Shown one piece after another: positions 26,458-36,067 of a stretch of 64,000 nucleotides of DNA. The stretch comes from an uncultured virus (IMG/VR IMGVR_UViG_3300023116_006877) (lineage: Duplodnaviria; Heunggongvirae; Uroviricota; Caudoviricetes), in IMG/VR virus record IMGVR_UViG_3300023116_006877; one strand, written 5' to 3'. Made by a program: the position numbers and the translations under genes. Positions within the stretch are counted from its first letter, which is position 1, and the number at the start of each line of letters is the position of its first letter. The notes under the pieces are model-generated. The model searched no databases. It was given only the letters and a program-made list of their open reading frames with translations, and was not told where the DNA came from.

Positions 26458-27894
26458 ATGGAACTGATATTTTTATTTGCCGGAATATTTTTTGGATTGA
26501 TAATTGGCATAATACCGGCCGCGGGAGCCACCACAGGGTTGATAGCACTGTTTGGTGTGATGCCTTATTTTGTATCCGATCCCTACCTGGGCGTGATATT
26601 CTGTGTGGCAGTTGTGGCATCCTCAACAACAGGTGATTCTTTCAGCGGTGTGCTGTTGGGCATACCCGGTGCCAATTCGGCGGCCGCAACCATGGTGGAT
26701 GGATTCCCCATGGCAAGAAACGGCGAAGCATCACGAGCCCTGAGTGCCGCAATCACATCCAGCACCCTAAACGGATTGATATTTGGTTCTCTCACATTTT
26801 TATTTTTGCCTTACTATACCAACATTGTGATGTACATGGGAATACCGGAATTATGGGCGTTGGTGGTTTTGGCTTTTGTCACGGTGGGTTTTTTATCAAC
26901 CAAGAATTACATCAGAAGCATACTAGCCATAATATTAGGTGTCGTGATAGGCCTGGCGGGAGTGGATGCCAACAATGTGCCACGTTTCACAATGGGCTGG
27001 AGATACCTTGAGGATGGAGTACAGATATTGCCGTTCGTGGCAGGACTTTTTGCCATACCAGAATTATGGGAAGGTTGGCGTAAAAGAAAACAGACAGTAG
27101 ATGCCGCGGCATTGAAAGGCAGTTGGTCAGGAATTTTACAAGGGATAAAAGACACTTTACATTGCTGGAAAGATAGCATACGCGGAGGAGCCATAGGTTC
27201 GTTCATAGGACTACTGCCCGGACTGGGTGGAGCAATGGCAGATTGGTTGAGTTATGGTGCCACGGTTGCTTCAAATCCAAACGAAAAATTTGGAAATGGA
27301 AATGTGAGAGGAGTGATAGGAGCAGAGGGAGCCAACAATGCACAGAAGGCCTCGTCCTTTATTCCCACTGTGTTGTTTGGCATACCGGGAGCACCTTTTG
27401 CCGCCATCCTGATGGGATTATTTCTGTACATAGGAATAGATCTGGGATCACCAGACACGTTCTATGATACTCAACTATTTGATAGTATGACATTTGGCTT
27501 CCTGGCAGGAACGATCATCACTGCTTTTATCTGTTATGGATTGGCTTATTTCGCAGGATATATAACAAAATTACCATACATCTATTATTTTCCTTTCATA
27601 ATAGCAATCATTATTTGGGCAACCATGCAGTACACCGGCGGTTGGGAAGATCTTGCCACTTTGGTAATTTTTTCTGCCTTGGGATTAGGATGTAAGTATA
27701 TGAAAATAAGCAGACCGGCGTTGTTGATTGGTTATCTTTTAAGTGATAGAATTTATAACTTGTCCTATCAATTGATATCATTACATTCGGTCGACGAAAT
27801 TTTTCAAAGACCGGTCTTTATTTTTATAATAATCTGTGTTATAATGATAACATGGGTCGGAATAACAAGAAAAAACAGGATAGATTATGCTTAA
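26458..27894 (+). CDS. tctA: Tripartite tricarboxylate transporter large membrane subunit
   Basis: LLGIPGANSAAATMVDGFPMARNGEA and GVIGAEGANNA...IPTVLFGIPG TctA-type signatures; multiple TM helices. Confidence 0.85.
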   Translation: MELIFLFAGIFFGLIIGIIPAAGATTGLIALFGVMPYFVSDPYLGVIFCVAVVASSTTGDSFSGVLLGIPGANSAAATMVDGFPMARNGEASRALSAAITSSTLNGLIFGSLTFLFLPYYTNIVMYMGIPELWALVVLAFVTVGFLSTKNYIRSILAIILGVVIGLAGVDANNVPRFTMGWRYLEDGVQILPFVAGLFAIPELWEGWRKRKQTVDAAALKGSWSGILQGIKDTLHCWKDSIRGGAIGSFIGLLPGLGGAMADWLSYGATVASNPNEKFGNGNVRGVIGAEGANNAQKASSFIPTVLFGIPGAPFAAILMGLFLYIGIDLGSPDTFYDTQLFDSMTFGFLAGTIITAFICYGLAYFAGYITKLPYIYYFPFIIAIIIWATMQYTGGWEDLATLVIFSALGLGCKYMKISRPALLIGYLLSDRIYNLSYQLISLHSVDEIFQRPVFIFIIICVIMITWVGITRKNRIDYA

Positions 27895-28963
27895 AAAAAG
27901 AATGATAAAAAGTGCTATACTAGTTGGCATACTTGTGGTGGGAGTGATGTTTGGAAAAATTGCAAAAGCAGATTACAATTTAATCGTGCCACAAAAACCA
28001 TCTGGTGGAACTTCTGTGTGGGCACAGATAGTTGTGGCCGAATGGGAGAAACACCTAGGTGAGAAGATCAATCTCATCTACAAGCCAGGTGCCAGAGACC
28101 AACTGGGTCCAAACGAATTTCAAAACACATTAAGATTTGATGATAAAACAATATTGGTATCTCATGGAGGTAACGGTATATCATATCTAATGGAACCGGT
28201 CGATTACAATTATTTTGATTGGGAATCGATTGGACAAATGAACTTGAACATTATTGTGGGTGCTCGTGATAATGCAGACTTATCAAATGGTCCTATCAAA
28301 TTTCCTTCGGGTTCAGGAATGACACCGGAAATAATGGCCATTGTGATGTTATTGGCAGGACCAAACGGTGACGTAATACAAACGTGGAATGAAAAAATTG
28401 TATGGGTAAAAGGCATGAGCGGATCTGAGAGGAGACTTGCGTTTCGTAGAGGAGATCTAAACGCAACGAGAGAAAATCCAGCCGCATATAAAAAACACGT
28501 GACACCTGTGATAGAGTCTGGAGATGCTATCACTTGGTTCCATCATGGGTTATTAAATGTTGATACCGGCAAACACGACAAAGATCCTAATTTTTCTGAA
28601 CCAACATTCGAAGAGTTGTTTCAGTCAATGCACGGTGTTGAACCAAGCGGTGACTTTTATGATGCATACAAACTTGTGAAAAGTTGGAGAGATGCCTTAC
28701 AAAAAGCATTTTGGGTAAACAGAGGTAATCCCAACAAAGATAAATTGGTTGATGCACTGAATAGGATGATCAACGATCCAGAATCTATAAAGGCAATCGA
28801 AAAGAATGTTGGAAAATACGAATGGAGAACAGGCACAGACGGTGATACCGCTGTGAAAACACTGAAATCATTTATAACACCAACAGCATTGAAAACATTG
28901 ACCGATTTTGGAAAAAATCAGTTGGGATATAACACAGTCTATAAGGAACAACTAACCAAATAA
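27887..28963 (+). CDS. tctC: Tripartite tricarboxylate transporter solute-binding protein (Bug/TctC)
   Basis: Signal peptide, then LIVPQKPSGGTSVWAQ...LGEKINLIYKPGA. Confidence 0.75.
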   Translation: MLKKRMIKSAILVGILVVGVMFGKIAKADYNLIVPQKPSGGTSVWAQIVVAEWEKHLGEKINLIYKPGARDQLGPNEFQNTLRFDDKTILVSHGGNGISYLMEPVDYNYFDWESIGQMNLNIIVGARDNADLSNGPIKFPSGSGMTPEIMAIVMLLAGPNGDVIQTWNEKIVWVKGMSGSERRLAFRRGDLNATRENPAAYKKHVTPVIESGDAITWFHHGLLNVDTGKHDKDPNFSEPTFEELFQSMHGVEPSGDFYDAYKLVKSWRDALQKAFWVNRGNPNKDKLVDALNRMINDPESIKAIEKNVGKYEWRTGTDGDTAVKTLKSFITPTALKTLTDFGKNQLGYNTVYKEQLTK

Positions 28964-28965
28964 CA

Positions 28966-29562
28966 ATGTACATATTGTTCACAGGGGCGCCGGGATCAAA
29001 GTGGAGCAGTGTGGTCAAGAACATCTACTGGAGTGATGACATAGATCACACGGACTATTCTGATCAGAGAACCTACTGGCACGATGCCGACACCCCCGGA
29101 CACAGACAACTCATGCACACAGGAGCATACTGGGATCCAGGCATGGAGTTTGAAAATTCAAAAGAAAATTGGGACAAGCCATTCTCAGGCACAGGCAAGA
29201 GGATCATAAAATCGCACACGTTTGCACACCAACTTAATGAATTGAAGGTGTTGGGATATCCTATAGTGATTGTTCGAAGGAACAACCTAGAGTGTTATGA
29301 CTGGTGGAAATTGTGTGGAGAATTCACGATCACATATCCCAACTATCAATACTTTGAGAACTTAGACCGGATGTGGACGCACATACAGGATCAAAACACA
29401 GATATTGCACAGTTCATACAGCAAAACCTAGACAGGATAACCTGTCCCGTGGACAACTTCGACCTGTGCCGGGTGCTGGGAATAAAAGAACCAGGCCCTA
29501 GGGACAGCATACATACACATAACTACGCGAACAAGGATATCAAAGTATATGTCTACAAGTAA
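28966..29562 (+). CDS. P-loop/sulfotransferase-like protein
   Basis: ILFTGAPGSKWS, RIIKSH, IVIVRRN motifs. Confidence 0.5.
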   Translation: MYILFTGAPGSKWSSVVKNIYWSDDIDHTDYSDQRTYWHDADTPGHRQLMHTGAYWDPGMEFENSKENWDKPFSGTGKRIIKSHTFAHQLNELKVLGYPIVIVRRNNLECYDWWKLCGEFTITYPNYQYFENLDRMWTHIQDQNTDIAQFIQQNLDRITCPVDNFDLCRVLGIKEPGPRDSIHTHNYANKDIKVYVYK

Positions 29563-30199
29563 TTGGGAAGATGCGAAAGCAAGAAGTAACTACCACTTCA
29601 ACAAATGGCACCGGGATACCGACTGCGTCCAACATCTAGGTAAATTCACTGGTGGTTGGCAAACAGAAATACAATCGGTTATCGATGATGCCAAACCATT
29701 GAATTGGGCCAATCGTAGGGAAGGCACAGGTAGACCAGATGGTGATGTACAAGCAGAAGAAAATGATTTAATAAAAGCAGGTGCAGATCCCAAAATGACC
29801 ATATACAGAGGTTTAAAAGATTTTTCAAAATGCCCCACGCTACAAAGAATGACCGATTTCTTTTGTTTGGAACCGGTAAAATCTAAGTTACACATACAAT
29901 TTACTGGTGAGGTATTGAATATGCACATAGACAAATTATATGATTTAGATGCTGATCCAAATAATGTTATACGTGTAATGGTGATGTTGCAGGATTGGGA
30001 ACCCGGTCAGTTCCTGATGTATGGTAACCAGCAGTTTGACAGATGGAGATCCGGTGATATACACACGTTCGATTGGCAAAACTTACCACACGCCACAGCA
30101 AACGCCAGCAACAAGCCAAGACCCATGTTGGTCATCACGGGTGTAAAAAGTGACAAAACAAATAATCTTTTACAGAAGGAAATTAAAAAAAGGATATGA
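29549..30199 (+). CDS. 2OG-Fe(II) oxygenase (Asp/Asn beta-hydroxylase-like)
   Basis: HID...PHATAN...RPMLVITG: HxD...H facial triad and a putative 2OG-binding Arg. Confidence 0.7.
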   Translation: MSTSNWEDAKARSNYHFNKWHRDTDCVQHLGKFTGGWQTEIQSVIDDAKPLNWANRREGTGRPDGDVQAEENDLIKAGADPKMTIYRGLKDFSKCPTLQRMTDFFCLEPVKSKLHIQFTGEVLNMHIDKLYDLDADPNNVIRVMVMLQDWEPGQFLMYGNQQFDRWRSGDIHTFDWQNLPHATANASNKPRPMLVITGVKSDKTNNLLQKEIKKRI

Positions 30200-30714
30200 A
30201 CGAAATGGAAACAAGTTATTTTCGTGATAATTGGAAACCCAATTATTCAAAATTTAAATATTCAGGATGGGCGTTATTGGATAAAATTAATAAAACTGAT
30301 CAGATATTAGATATAGGTTGTGGTTATAATTTATTCAAAGAAAAATTAGGTGATAGATTATATGGTATAGATCCTGCCAACGACAATGCAGATGAGGTTA
30401 TAAGTTGGGAAGATTATGAGCCACATAAAAAGTTTAACGTATATTTTGCTCTCGGAAGTTTAAATTTTGGAACAGAACAAGAAGTGGAATTTCAAATAGC
30501 CAAGTTATCAAGAATAACCAATACCGGTGATAGAATATACTGGAGACAGAATCCAGGCACGGGAGATCACCCATGGAAAGGGGTTGAATCTGTGAGATTT
30601 TATCCGTGGTCGATTGATAAAAATGTAGAATGGTGCGACAAGTATAACTTTACACTGAAAGAAATTTTGGAAGACAGTGGTAATAGATTATACGCCGAGT
30701 GGATCAAAAAATAA
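30196..30714 (+). CDS. Class I SAM-dependent methyltransferase-like
   Basis: ILDIGCG, YGIDP, ALGSLNF motifs. Confidence 0.7.
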   Translation: MNEMETSYFRDNWKPNYSKFKYSGWALLDKINKTDQILDIGCGYNLFKEKLGDRLYGIDPANDNADEVISWEDYEPHKKFNVYFALGSLNFGTEQEVEFQIAKLSRITNTGDRIYWRQNPGTGDHPWKGVESVRFYPWSIDKNVEWCDKYNFTLKEILEDSGNRLYAEWIKK

Positions 30715-30730
30715 TCAAAAATACAGAAAT

Positions 30731-30770
30731 AAAAAAAGCCCATGTACTTTTAAAATACATGGGCTCTTTG
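30731..30770. terminator. Terminator between convergent operons
   Basis: A7-GCCCATGTA...TACATGGGC-TCTTT. Confidence 0.75.
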
Positions 30771-30798
30771 TTGTTATAACAAAAAAGAAGAAGTAATA

Positions 30799-31005
30799 TT
30801 ATTCAGCGGCAGGAGCCGATGCGGCTTTTTCTGCGTTCTTAGTTTCTTGAATTTCTTTTCTTCTTGCTTTAATTAATTTGCCAAGTTCAGCAAGTGCTTT
30901 TCTGGCTCTTGTTGCTGATGCCTTAACACCTTTTTCCGTGAATTTTGAATTCTCTTCGGAATAAGTTTGAATTGCTGTCATTATTGACTCGTGTGTTGCT
31001 GACAT
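30799..31005 (-). CDS. Histone H1-like Hc1-family nucleoid protein
   Basis: KFTEKGVKASATRARKALAELGKLIKARRKEIQ; AGGAG RBS. Confidence 0.7.
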   Translation of the reverse strand: MSATHESIMTAIQTYSEENSKFTEKGVKASATRARKALAELGKLIKARRKEIQETKNAEKAASAPAAE

Positions 31006-31047
31006 TTGTTCTCCTTTGTATTGTGTTAATTAATTAACTATATTCGT

Positions 31048-31077
31048 ATTGTACGACGCTATTTGTGGTTTAGTCAA
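31048..31077 (-). promoter_or_regulatory. Sigma70-like promoter
   Basis: TTGACT-N18-TACAAT upstream of the Hc1-like gene. Confidence 0.55.
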
Positions 31078-31078
31078 C

Positions 31079-32848
31079 CTAAATAATAACTTCAACATCG
31101 TTGGCATAATTGGTAAAACCGTTTTCTTTTACCACTTTTAACACAGAGTTTACTCTGCTCACCAACTCGTCCTTGTGTGATATCAAGAATATATTTTTTT
31201 GTTGTTTACGAGCCATGTCCTTCAAAACTGCCATGGCAGATTCCACACCCGATGTGTCCATTCCTGCATCAACAAGTTCGTCAATGAACAGTAAGTTGAT
31301 CTGTTGATAAAGACTTTCCCACACATCTCTGAATGCCCAACTCAACGAAAGTATCAATCTGTTACGTTCACCTCGACTCAAATTATCAAAATCCAGTTCT
31401 CTGCCCAGTTCTTCAATTTGCACAGTTAAATCTGATTGGAAGGTCACTGTGTGAGGTAATTTAACTTGTGACAAGTACCATGCCAGACGTTGATTTAAAT
31501 ATGTTAAGTTTTGTTCGATAATTCGTGTTCGAATGAACGAATCTTTTGCAGTAAGTAGTTTGTATAAAAAATCTTGATGTTTTAACAAATCTTCTAGTTC
31601 GTTGACTTTGGTATAATCAACTTTTTGTAATGCGGATTTAGTCAGTTCTTCGATTTGTTCTTGATATGGATTTTCTTTGTTTTCTGTTTGTTCTAGTTGT
31701 CTTTTCAAGTCTGCCAGCGATCCTTTATGATTATAGGCGTCATCGATGGTATCATAATAAGTGTCAGGTAAAATACCAATATCTCCAATTGCTGAAATGT
31801 TTTTATTAATTGCATCTAAATCACTAGTTAATTTTGTTTCGTCTTTTTGTAACTCGTCAAGATCATTTTCCAGTTTTGATAACAACTGTTGATGTTTTTC
31901 ATCATGCAAAGTTTGTTCACAAGTAGGACACTTGGCTTCTTTGGCATATTCAATATCTTTTTGTTTCAACCCGATTTGTCTGACTGTTTTAGTCAAACTG
32001 TCTTCGTGGTATGCTTTCTCTTTTTCCAAACTTCTTAGTGCTTTTGAATTTTCTTCGTGTTTTTGTATTTGTTTGTGTAAATCTAGTTCTTTTTCAATAT
32101 CTACCTTTTCTAGATCGCTAATGGCAAATCTAAATTTTTTAATATCGTCTTTTTGTTGAGTTTCCCACGCAGAGTTTCTTAATTTTAAATTTTTAATTGA
32201 TTCGTTAATTTTTTCATTCGAACTGACAATCGAATCTAATTTAAATTTTTCTGTTGTTGCGTCATCTTTAGTTGCCTTTATTTGTGCTTTAAGCAAGTCT
32301 GCTTTCTCTGAAAGTATTGTTATACCCAAAAGTTGTTCAATAATTTCTCTTTGTTCTGCTTGTTTTGTTGCCAAGAAGGGTTGTGAATATGTGTTTAATG
32401 CCATGATATTTTTAAACATAGCATGAGTCATGCCGATCAATTTGTTTATTTCGTGTTGCGTTTCTCTGTTTTCACCTTGTGCTTCGTTTGACTCTTGTTC
32501 TATGTCGTTGGCGTAGAACCTAAGCACTTGAGGTTTTCTTCCCCTCTCAATTTTATATTTGATACCATTCTTTTCAAATTCAACACCGACCACCATGTCT
32601 TTGTTGTTGGTCTTATTAACTAGATTATCTTTTCTTATGTTTGTCAGTGCTTCACCAAAAAATGCGTAACTTATGGCATTGATTATAGTTGTTTTACCTG
32701 TTCCGTTTCTTGCACCAGCATCGTCGCCCCCAAGATCCATGTTTTCACCAATCACTAAAACAAGATTTTTACCTTGGAAGTTAATGGCCTGTGCTTGATT
32801 ACCAACAGAAAGAAAATTCTTTACAGTTAATGTTTTAATAGTCAACAT
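31079..32848 (-). CDS. gp46: Recombination nuclease ATPase subunit (gp46/SbcC/Rad50-like)
   Basis: KNFLSVGN, NGTGKTT Walker A, CPTC zinc hook, LSRGE signature, LLFIDE Walker B, ISH. Confidence 0.95.
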   Translation of the reverse strand: MLTIKTLTVKNFLSVGNQAQAINFQGKNLVLVIGENMDLGGDDAGARNGTGKTTIINAISYAFFGEALTNIRKDNLVNKTNNKDMVVGVEFEKNGIKYKIERGRKPQVLRFYANDIEQESNEAQGENRETQHEINKLIGMTHAMFKNIMALNTYSQPFLATKQAEQREIIEQLLGITILSEKADLLKAQIKATKDDATTEKFKLDSIVSSNEKINESIKNLKLRNSAWETQQKDDIKKFRFAISDLEKVDIEKELDLHKQIQKHEENSKALRSLEKEKAYHEDSLTKTVRQIGLKQKDIEYAKEAKCPTCEQTLHDEKHQQLLSKLENDLDELQKDETKLTSDLDAINKNISAIGDIGILPDTYYDTIDDAYNHKGSLADLKRQLEQTENKENPYQEQIEELTKSALQKVDYTKVNELEDLLKHQDFLYKLLTAKDSFIRTRIIEQNLTYLNQRLAWYLSQVKLPHTVTFQSDLTVQIEELGRELDFDNLSRGERNRLILSLSWAFRDVWESLYQQINLLFIDELVDAGMDTSGVESAMAVLKDMARKQQKNIFLISHKDELVSRVNSVLKVVKENGFTNYANDVEVII

Positions 32849-33010
32849 CTATTTTTTTTCCTGTTCTTTCCTCCAACGCCAATAACCAGCAATCCATTCC
32901 TTTTGCGTGGGTTTACGATACAAGAAATCGTTGATTAAATTAATTTCTTCAGGTTCGGATTTTAAAATCTGCATAAGTTTTTTCTTTGTTATTTTTTTAG
33001 TTGTTGACAT
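32849..33010 (-). CDS. 53-aa hypothetical protein (absent from the ORF track)
   Basis: MSTTKKITKKKLMQILKSEPEEINLINDFLYRKPTQKEWIAGYWRWRKEQEKK; overlaps the gp47 end and abuts the gp46 ATG (TAGATG). Confidence 0.6.
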   Translation of the reverse strand: MSTTKKITKKKLMQILKSEPEEINLINDFLYRKPTQKEWIAGYWRWRKEQEKK

Positions 33011-34019
33011 CTAAATTATTGTATATGGCCATCAGTATTTGTTTATCGTACGTTTTTGAATCTACACTTTCCAGTTGTTTGATCACGATTTGATCAACAG
33101 AATCAAACTTTTCAATGTGTACTGTTGGTTGATCAACAGTGTCTAGTTGTTCCGGTATTAATTGTAATTCTCTCAATTTATATTTCTCTAAAAATGTTTC
33201 TCTAATGAAATTTGCTTCTTCGTAAGAAATTTTTATATCCAAACCAACACGCACATACATTTTTTCCTTCAATAATGCATCTGCGTTCTCTAATAGTTGT
33301 GAAATTTTATAATGACGATAAACAGGCATATTTGGCCAGTTTATGTATTGTGGTTTTCCGCCGTGTTCCAATATCATCATTCCTCTTTCGTCATCGCCGG
33401 CATCTGCGTAGTTGTGAGGAAAAGCATTACCGATATAATGTATATTGTTTCTAACCTGTCTTTTATGAAAATGACCTGAAAAAACAAATTGCTGATGAAC
33501 AAAGTGTTCTGCTTTAATTCCTCCAACATCGGGCATATCGACCATGGCATTCATTTTAAAATAAGGAATTTCAAAATGACCAAATATATATTTTTGTTTC
33601 ATATTTGGAATTTTTAGATACTCTTCCGGTTCTAACCATGGAATGATTGCTACATCATCGTTTTCGATCCAACTGTTTACTAGATGTACGTTGGGAATAT
33701 TTCTTGCGAACTCCATGGAGTTGATTTCTCTTTTTTCTCTATAGAATAAATCGTGGTTGCCCATGATCACATACACTTTTTCAAATGCCTTACCCAATCG
33801 CTCGATGTTAGAAACAGTATAATTCATGGTACTGACATTGGTAGAACTTCTATGATGATGCCAATCACCTAAGAAGATACAAGTTTCACAGTTGTTTTCT
33901 TTTGCTGTTTCTATAAACCAATAGATGAATTCTTCACAATCGTCGTTGTGTATTCTGGAATTTCCTTTAAGGCCAAAGTGTATGTCCGTAAAACAGGCCA
34001 CTTTTTTAAATGTTGTCAT
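32997..34019 (-). CDS. gp47: Recombination nuclease subunit (gp47/SbcD/Mre11-like)
   Basis: TDIHFG, LGDWHH, GNHD, GHFE, SGHFH metallophosphoesterase motifs. Confidence 0.95.
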   Translation of the reverse strand: MTTFKKVACFTDIHFGLKGNSRIHNDDCEEFIYWFIETAKENNCETCIFLGDWHHHRSSTNVSTMNYTVSNIERLGKAFEKVYVIMGNHDLFYREKREINSMEFARNIPNVHLVNSWIENDDVAIIPWLEPEEYLKIPNMKQKYIFGHFEIPYFKMNAMVDMPDVGGIKAEHFVHQQFVFSGHFHKRQVRNNIHYIGNAFPHNYADAGDDERGMMILEHGGKPQYINWPNMPVYRHYKISQLLENADALLKEKMYVRVGLDIKISYEEANFIRETFLEKYKLRELQLIPEQLDTVDQPTVHIEKFDSVDQIVIKQLESVDSKTYDKQILMAIYNNLDVNN

Positions 34020-34022
34020 GTG

Positions 34023-35030
34023 TTACTTTCTTACTTTTTCAAAATCTTTCGCAGTCAGTGTACCCGACTTTTTCATTTTCTTGTTTAGTTCAGCAATTGC
34101 TTTTTTAGTATACACTGTTACCGGAGAAGGTTCAACTGTTCTTTCTATCTTATCTCCGTTGCTGGTAATGTAATAACTTTTCTTTATTTTCTTTTTCTTT
34201 AAAGCATTTTCTCTGTCTTCTCTCTCGGATTTTGCAATTTCTTCGTTTTTTGATTGTCTAGTATAACTAGGCATCAAGTTATTCAGTTCCATTATGTCAT
34301 CTCGAATATTTTGATTTTTTTTCTCGATGTTTAATATACGAGTGAATGAGTTTGTTATGGCCGCGGTGTAATAAGCAAAAGGATTGTCTGATTTGGACTC
34401 GTCGAATTGTAATCCTATCTGTGATAGTTGCATCAATGCCTGTGACTGCATCTCATCATTGTAAGTGTAACCTCTCCAGTTGCTTCTTGTACCATATCTT
34501 TCACACAGTTTCATGTACATCAAAGCCAACTTGTTGGTCATTTTTCCATGATCTATTGAAAACTGTCCGTTAACCATTCCGCCAGTCCAGTGACTTTTTC
34601 CAACACATTTTGGTTTGCCTTTTTCGTCGATCCTGTAGTGTTGAAAAGGTGGAAAATTAATTTTCGTATGACTGTCTGCCTCGGTCTTCGGTCTCTTTTT
34701 TCTTTGCAAGTCTTCGGGTATGTGTTCAAAGGTCATCACACGAAAAACAATATCTGTCTTGGAAATTTTTCTAGGAGAAACTTCAAAGTCGCTCATCTTA
34801 ATTCTCTTGTTTCCACCAGACTTGGCCTGTTCCCAGGCTTCCTGTGTCAGTCTTTTTGCTTTGGCCTTACGGGCCTTTGCGATGTTGGCACCGTTGATTT
34901 TTTTGATGTCAGGCACGATTATATCGTAGTTGCTATCATCGGGGGACACATACGAACAGTAACTATTTTTGCTCTTGTGTATCTCTGCCAATAAATCTTT
35001 ATTGTTCAGGTAGTTTACTCTTTTAACCAC
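34023..35030 (-). CDS. gp55: Late-transcription sigma factor (gp55-like) with a large insertion
   Basis: NYLNNKDLLAEI; NWRGYTYNDEMQSQA...FDESKSDNPFAYYTAAITNSFTRILNIEKK; position upstream of gp47-gp46. Confidence 0.85.
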   Translation of the reverse strand: MVKRVNYLNNKDLLAEIHKSKNSYCSYVSPDDSNYDIIVPDIKKINGANIAKARKAKAKRLTQEAWEQAKSGGNKRIKMSDFEVSPRKISKTDIVFRVMTFEHIPEDLQRKKRPKTEADSHTKINFPPFQHYRIDEKGKPKCVGKSHWTGGMVNGQFSIDHGKMTNKLALMYMKLCERYGTRSNWRGYTYNDEMQSQALMQLSQIGLQFDESKSDNPFAYYTAAITNSFTRILNIEKKNQNIRDDIMELNNLMPSYTRQSKNEEIAKSEREDRENALKKKKIKKSYYITSNGDKIERTVEPSPVTVYTKKAIAELNKKMKKSGTLTAKDFEKVRK

Positions 35031-35111
35031 TAAATTCTCCTAACTAATTAATTAACGTAAATTGATGTAAAACCTTGCCGTATGTGAATAATATGCGCCT
35101 ATTAAAATGCC

Positions 35112-35154
35112 TATAAATATTGTTTAGTATACAAGAAATTTAAAGGAAGAGCAA
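35112..35154. promoter_or_regulatory. Late promoter TATAAATA (+) facing a sigma70-like promoter (-)
   Basis: TATAAATA 35112-35119 plus; TTGCTC-N17-TATACT 35154-35126 minus. Confidence 0.55.
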
Positions 35155-35163
35155 CCAAATAAA

Positions 35164-36066
35164 ATGGCCGGAATTATAGAAACAGGTAAAAAAATAGGCA
35201 CCACTATTTTCAATAAAACTCTGGGTAGACTGACCGGTGCAGGATTACCTGCAGGAGCAGAAGCCAACAACAAACTTAGATCCAATGCTTCGTGGTCTGT
35301 GAGGGACAAAGCGGCAGATCAGCGTATTAAGGTAATTTTACCTCCCGGCAGTATCATATATGAAAAATTTTTCGGAGTACCGCAACAAAATGCAATTCAG
35401 GTAGATCCGGGCGACCCGGCCGGAGCCTTTAATGCATCGACAAATAATATTTTGGCACCCTTGGCAAATGAAGGGGGAGTTATTTTTCCTTTAACACCCT
35501 CTGTGATTATCAGCCATACAGCAAATTACAATCCAATGACAGCCACTCATAGCAATTATCCTTTTTACGCATATCAAAACAGTGAGTTACCAAGTTTTAC
35601 CTTGGTTGGCGAATTTCCTGTACAGAACCAAACAGATGCTCAGTATTGGATAGCCATGCTACATTTCTTCAGATCAGCGACAAAAATGTTTTTTGGAGAC
35701 AGTGTTGATGACACGGGAAAAACAGACGGAATGAGAGGAAATCCTCCGCCGATATTACAATTGAATGGATATGGAAATTATGTCTTCAACAAAGTACCTG
35801 TTGTAGTCACAAACTTTACTGTCGATCTAAGAAACGATGTTGATTATATTTGTACCGAACAACAAACGGATAGAAGAGGACTGTTGCCAACATCATCAAC
35901 GGTAGTAGATCCAAGTTCTAATAAATCGTGGGCACCTACGCTGTCACAGGTAACACTACAATTACAACCTGTTTATTCTAGAGAGTCTGTGAAGAAATTT
36001 AATATGAAAGACTTTGTGAACGGTAACCTAAACGGAAACAATGGTTCAGGAATAGGATATATTTAA
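35164..36066 (+). CDS. Baseplate/tail-tube initiator-like protein (gp48/gp54-type)
   Basis: First gene of the baseplate operon; VIFPLTP...GNPPPILQLNGYG...PVVVTNFTV. Confidence 0.5.
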   Translation: MAGIIETGKKIGTTIFNKTLGRLTGAGLPAGAEANNKLRSNASWSVRDKAADQRIKVILPPGSIIYEKFFGVPQQNAIQVDPGDPAGAFNASTNNILAPLANEGGVIFPLTPSVIISHTANYNPMTATHSNYPFYAYQNSELPSFTLVGEFPVQNQTDAQYWIAMLHFFRSATKMFFGDSVDDTGKTDGMRGNPPPILQLNGYGNYVFNKVPVVVTNFTVDLRNDVDYICTEQQTDRRGLLPTSSTVVDPSSNKSWAPTLSQVTLQLQPVYSRESVKKFNMKDFVNGNLNGNNGSGIGYI

Positions 36067-36067
36067 T

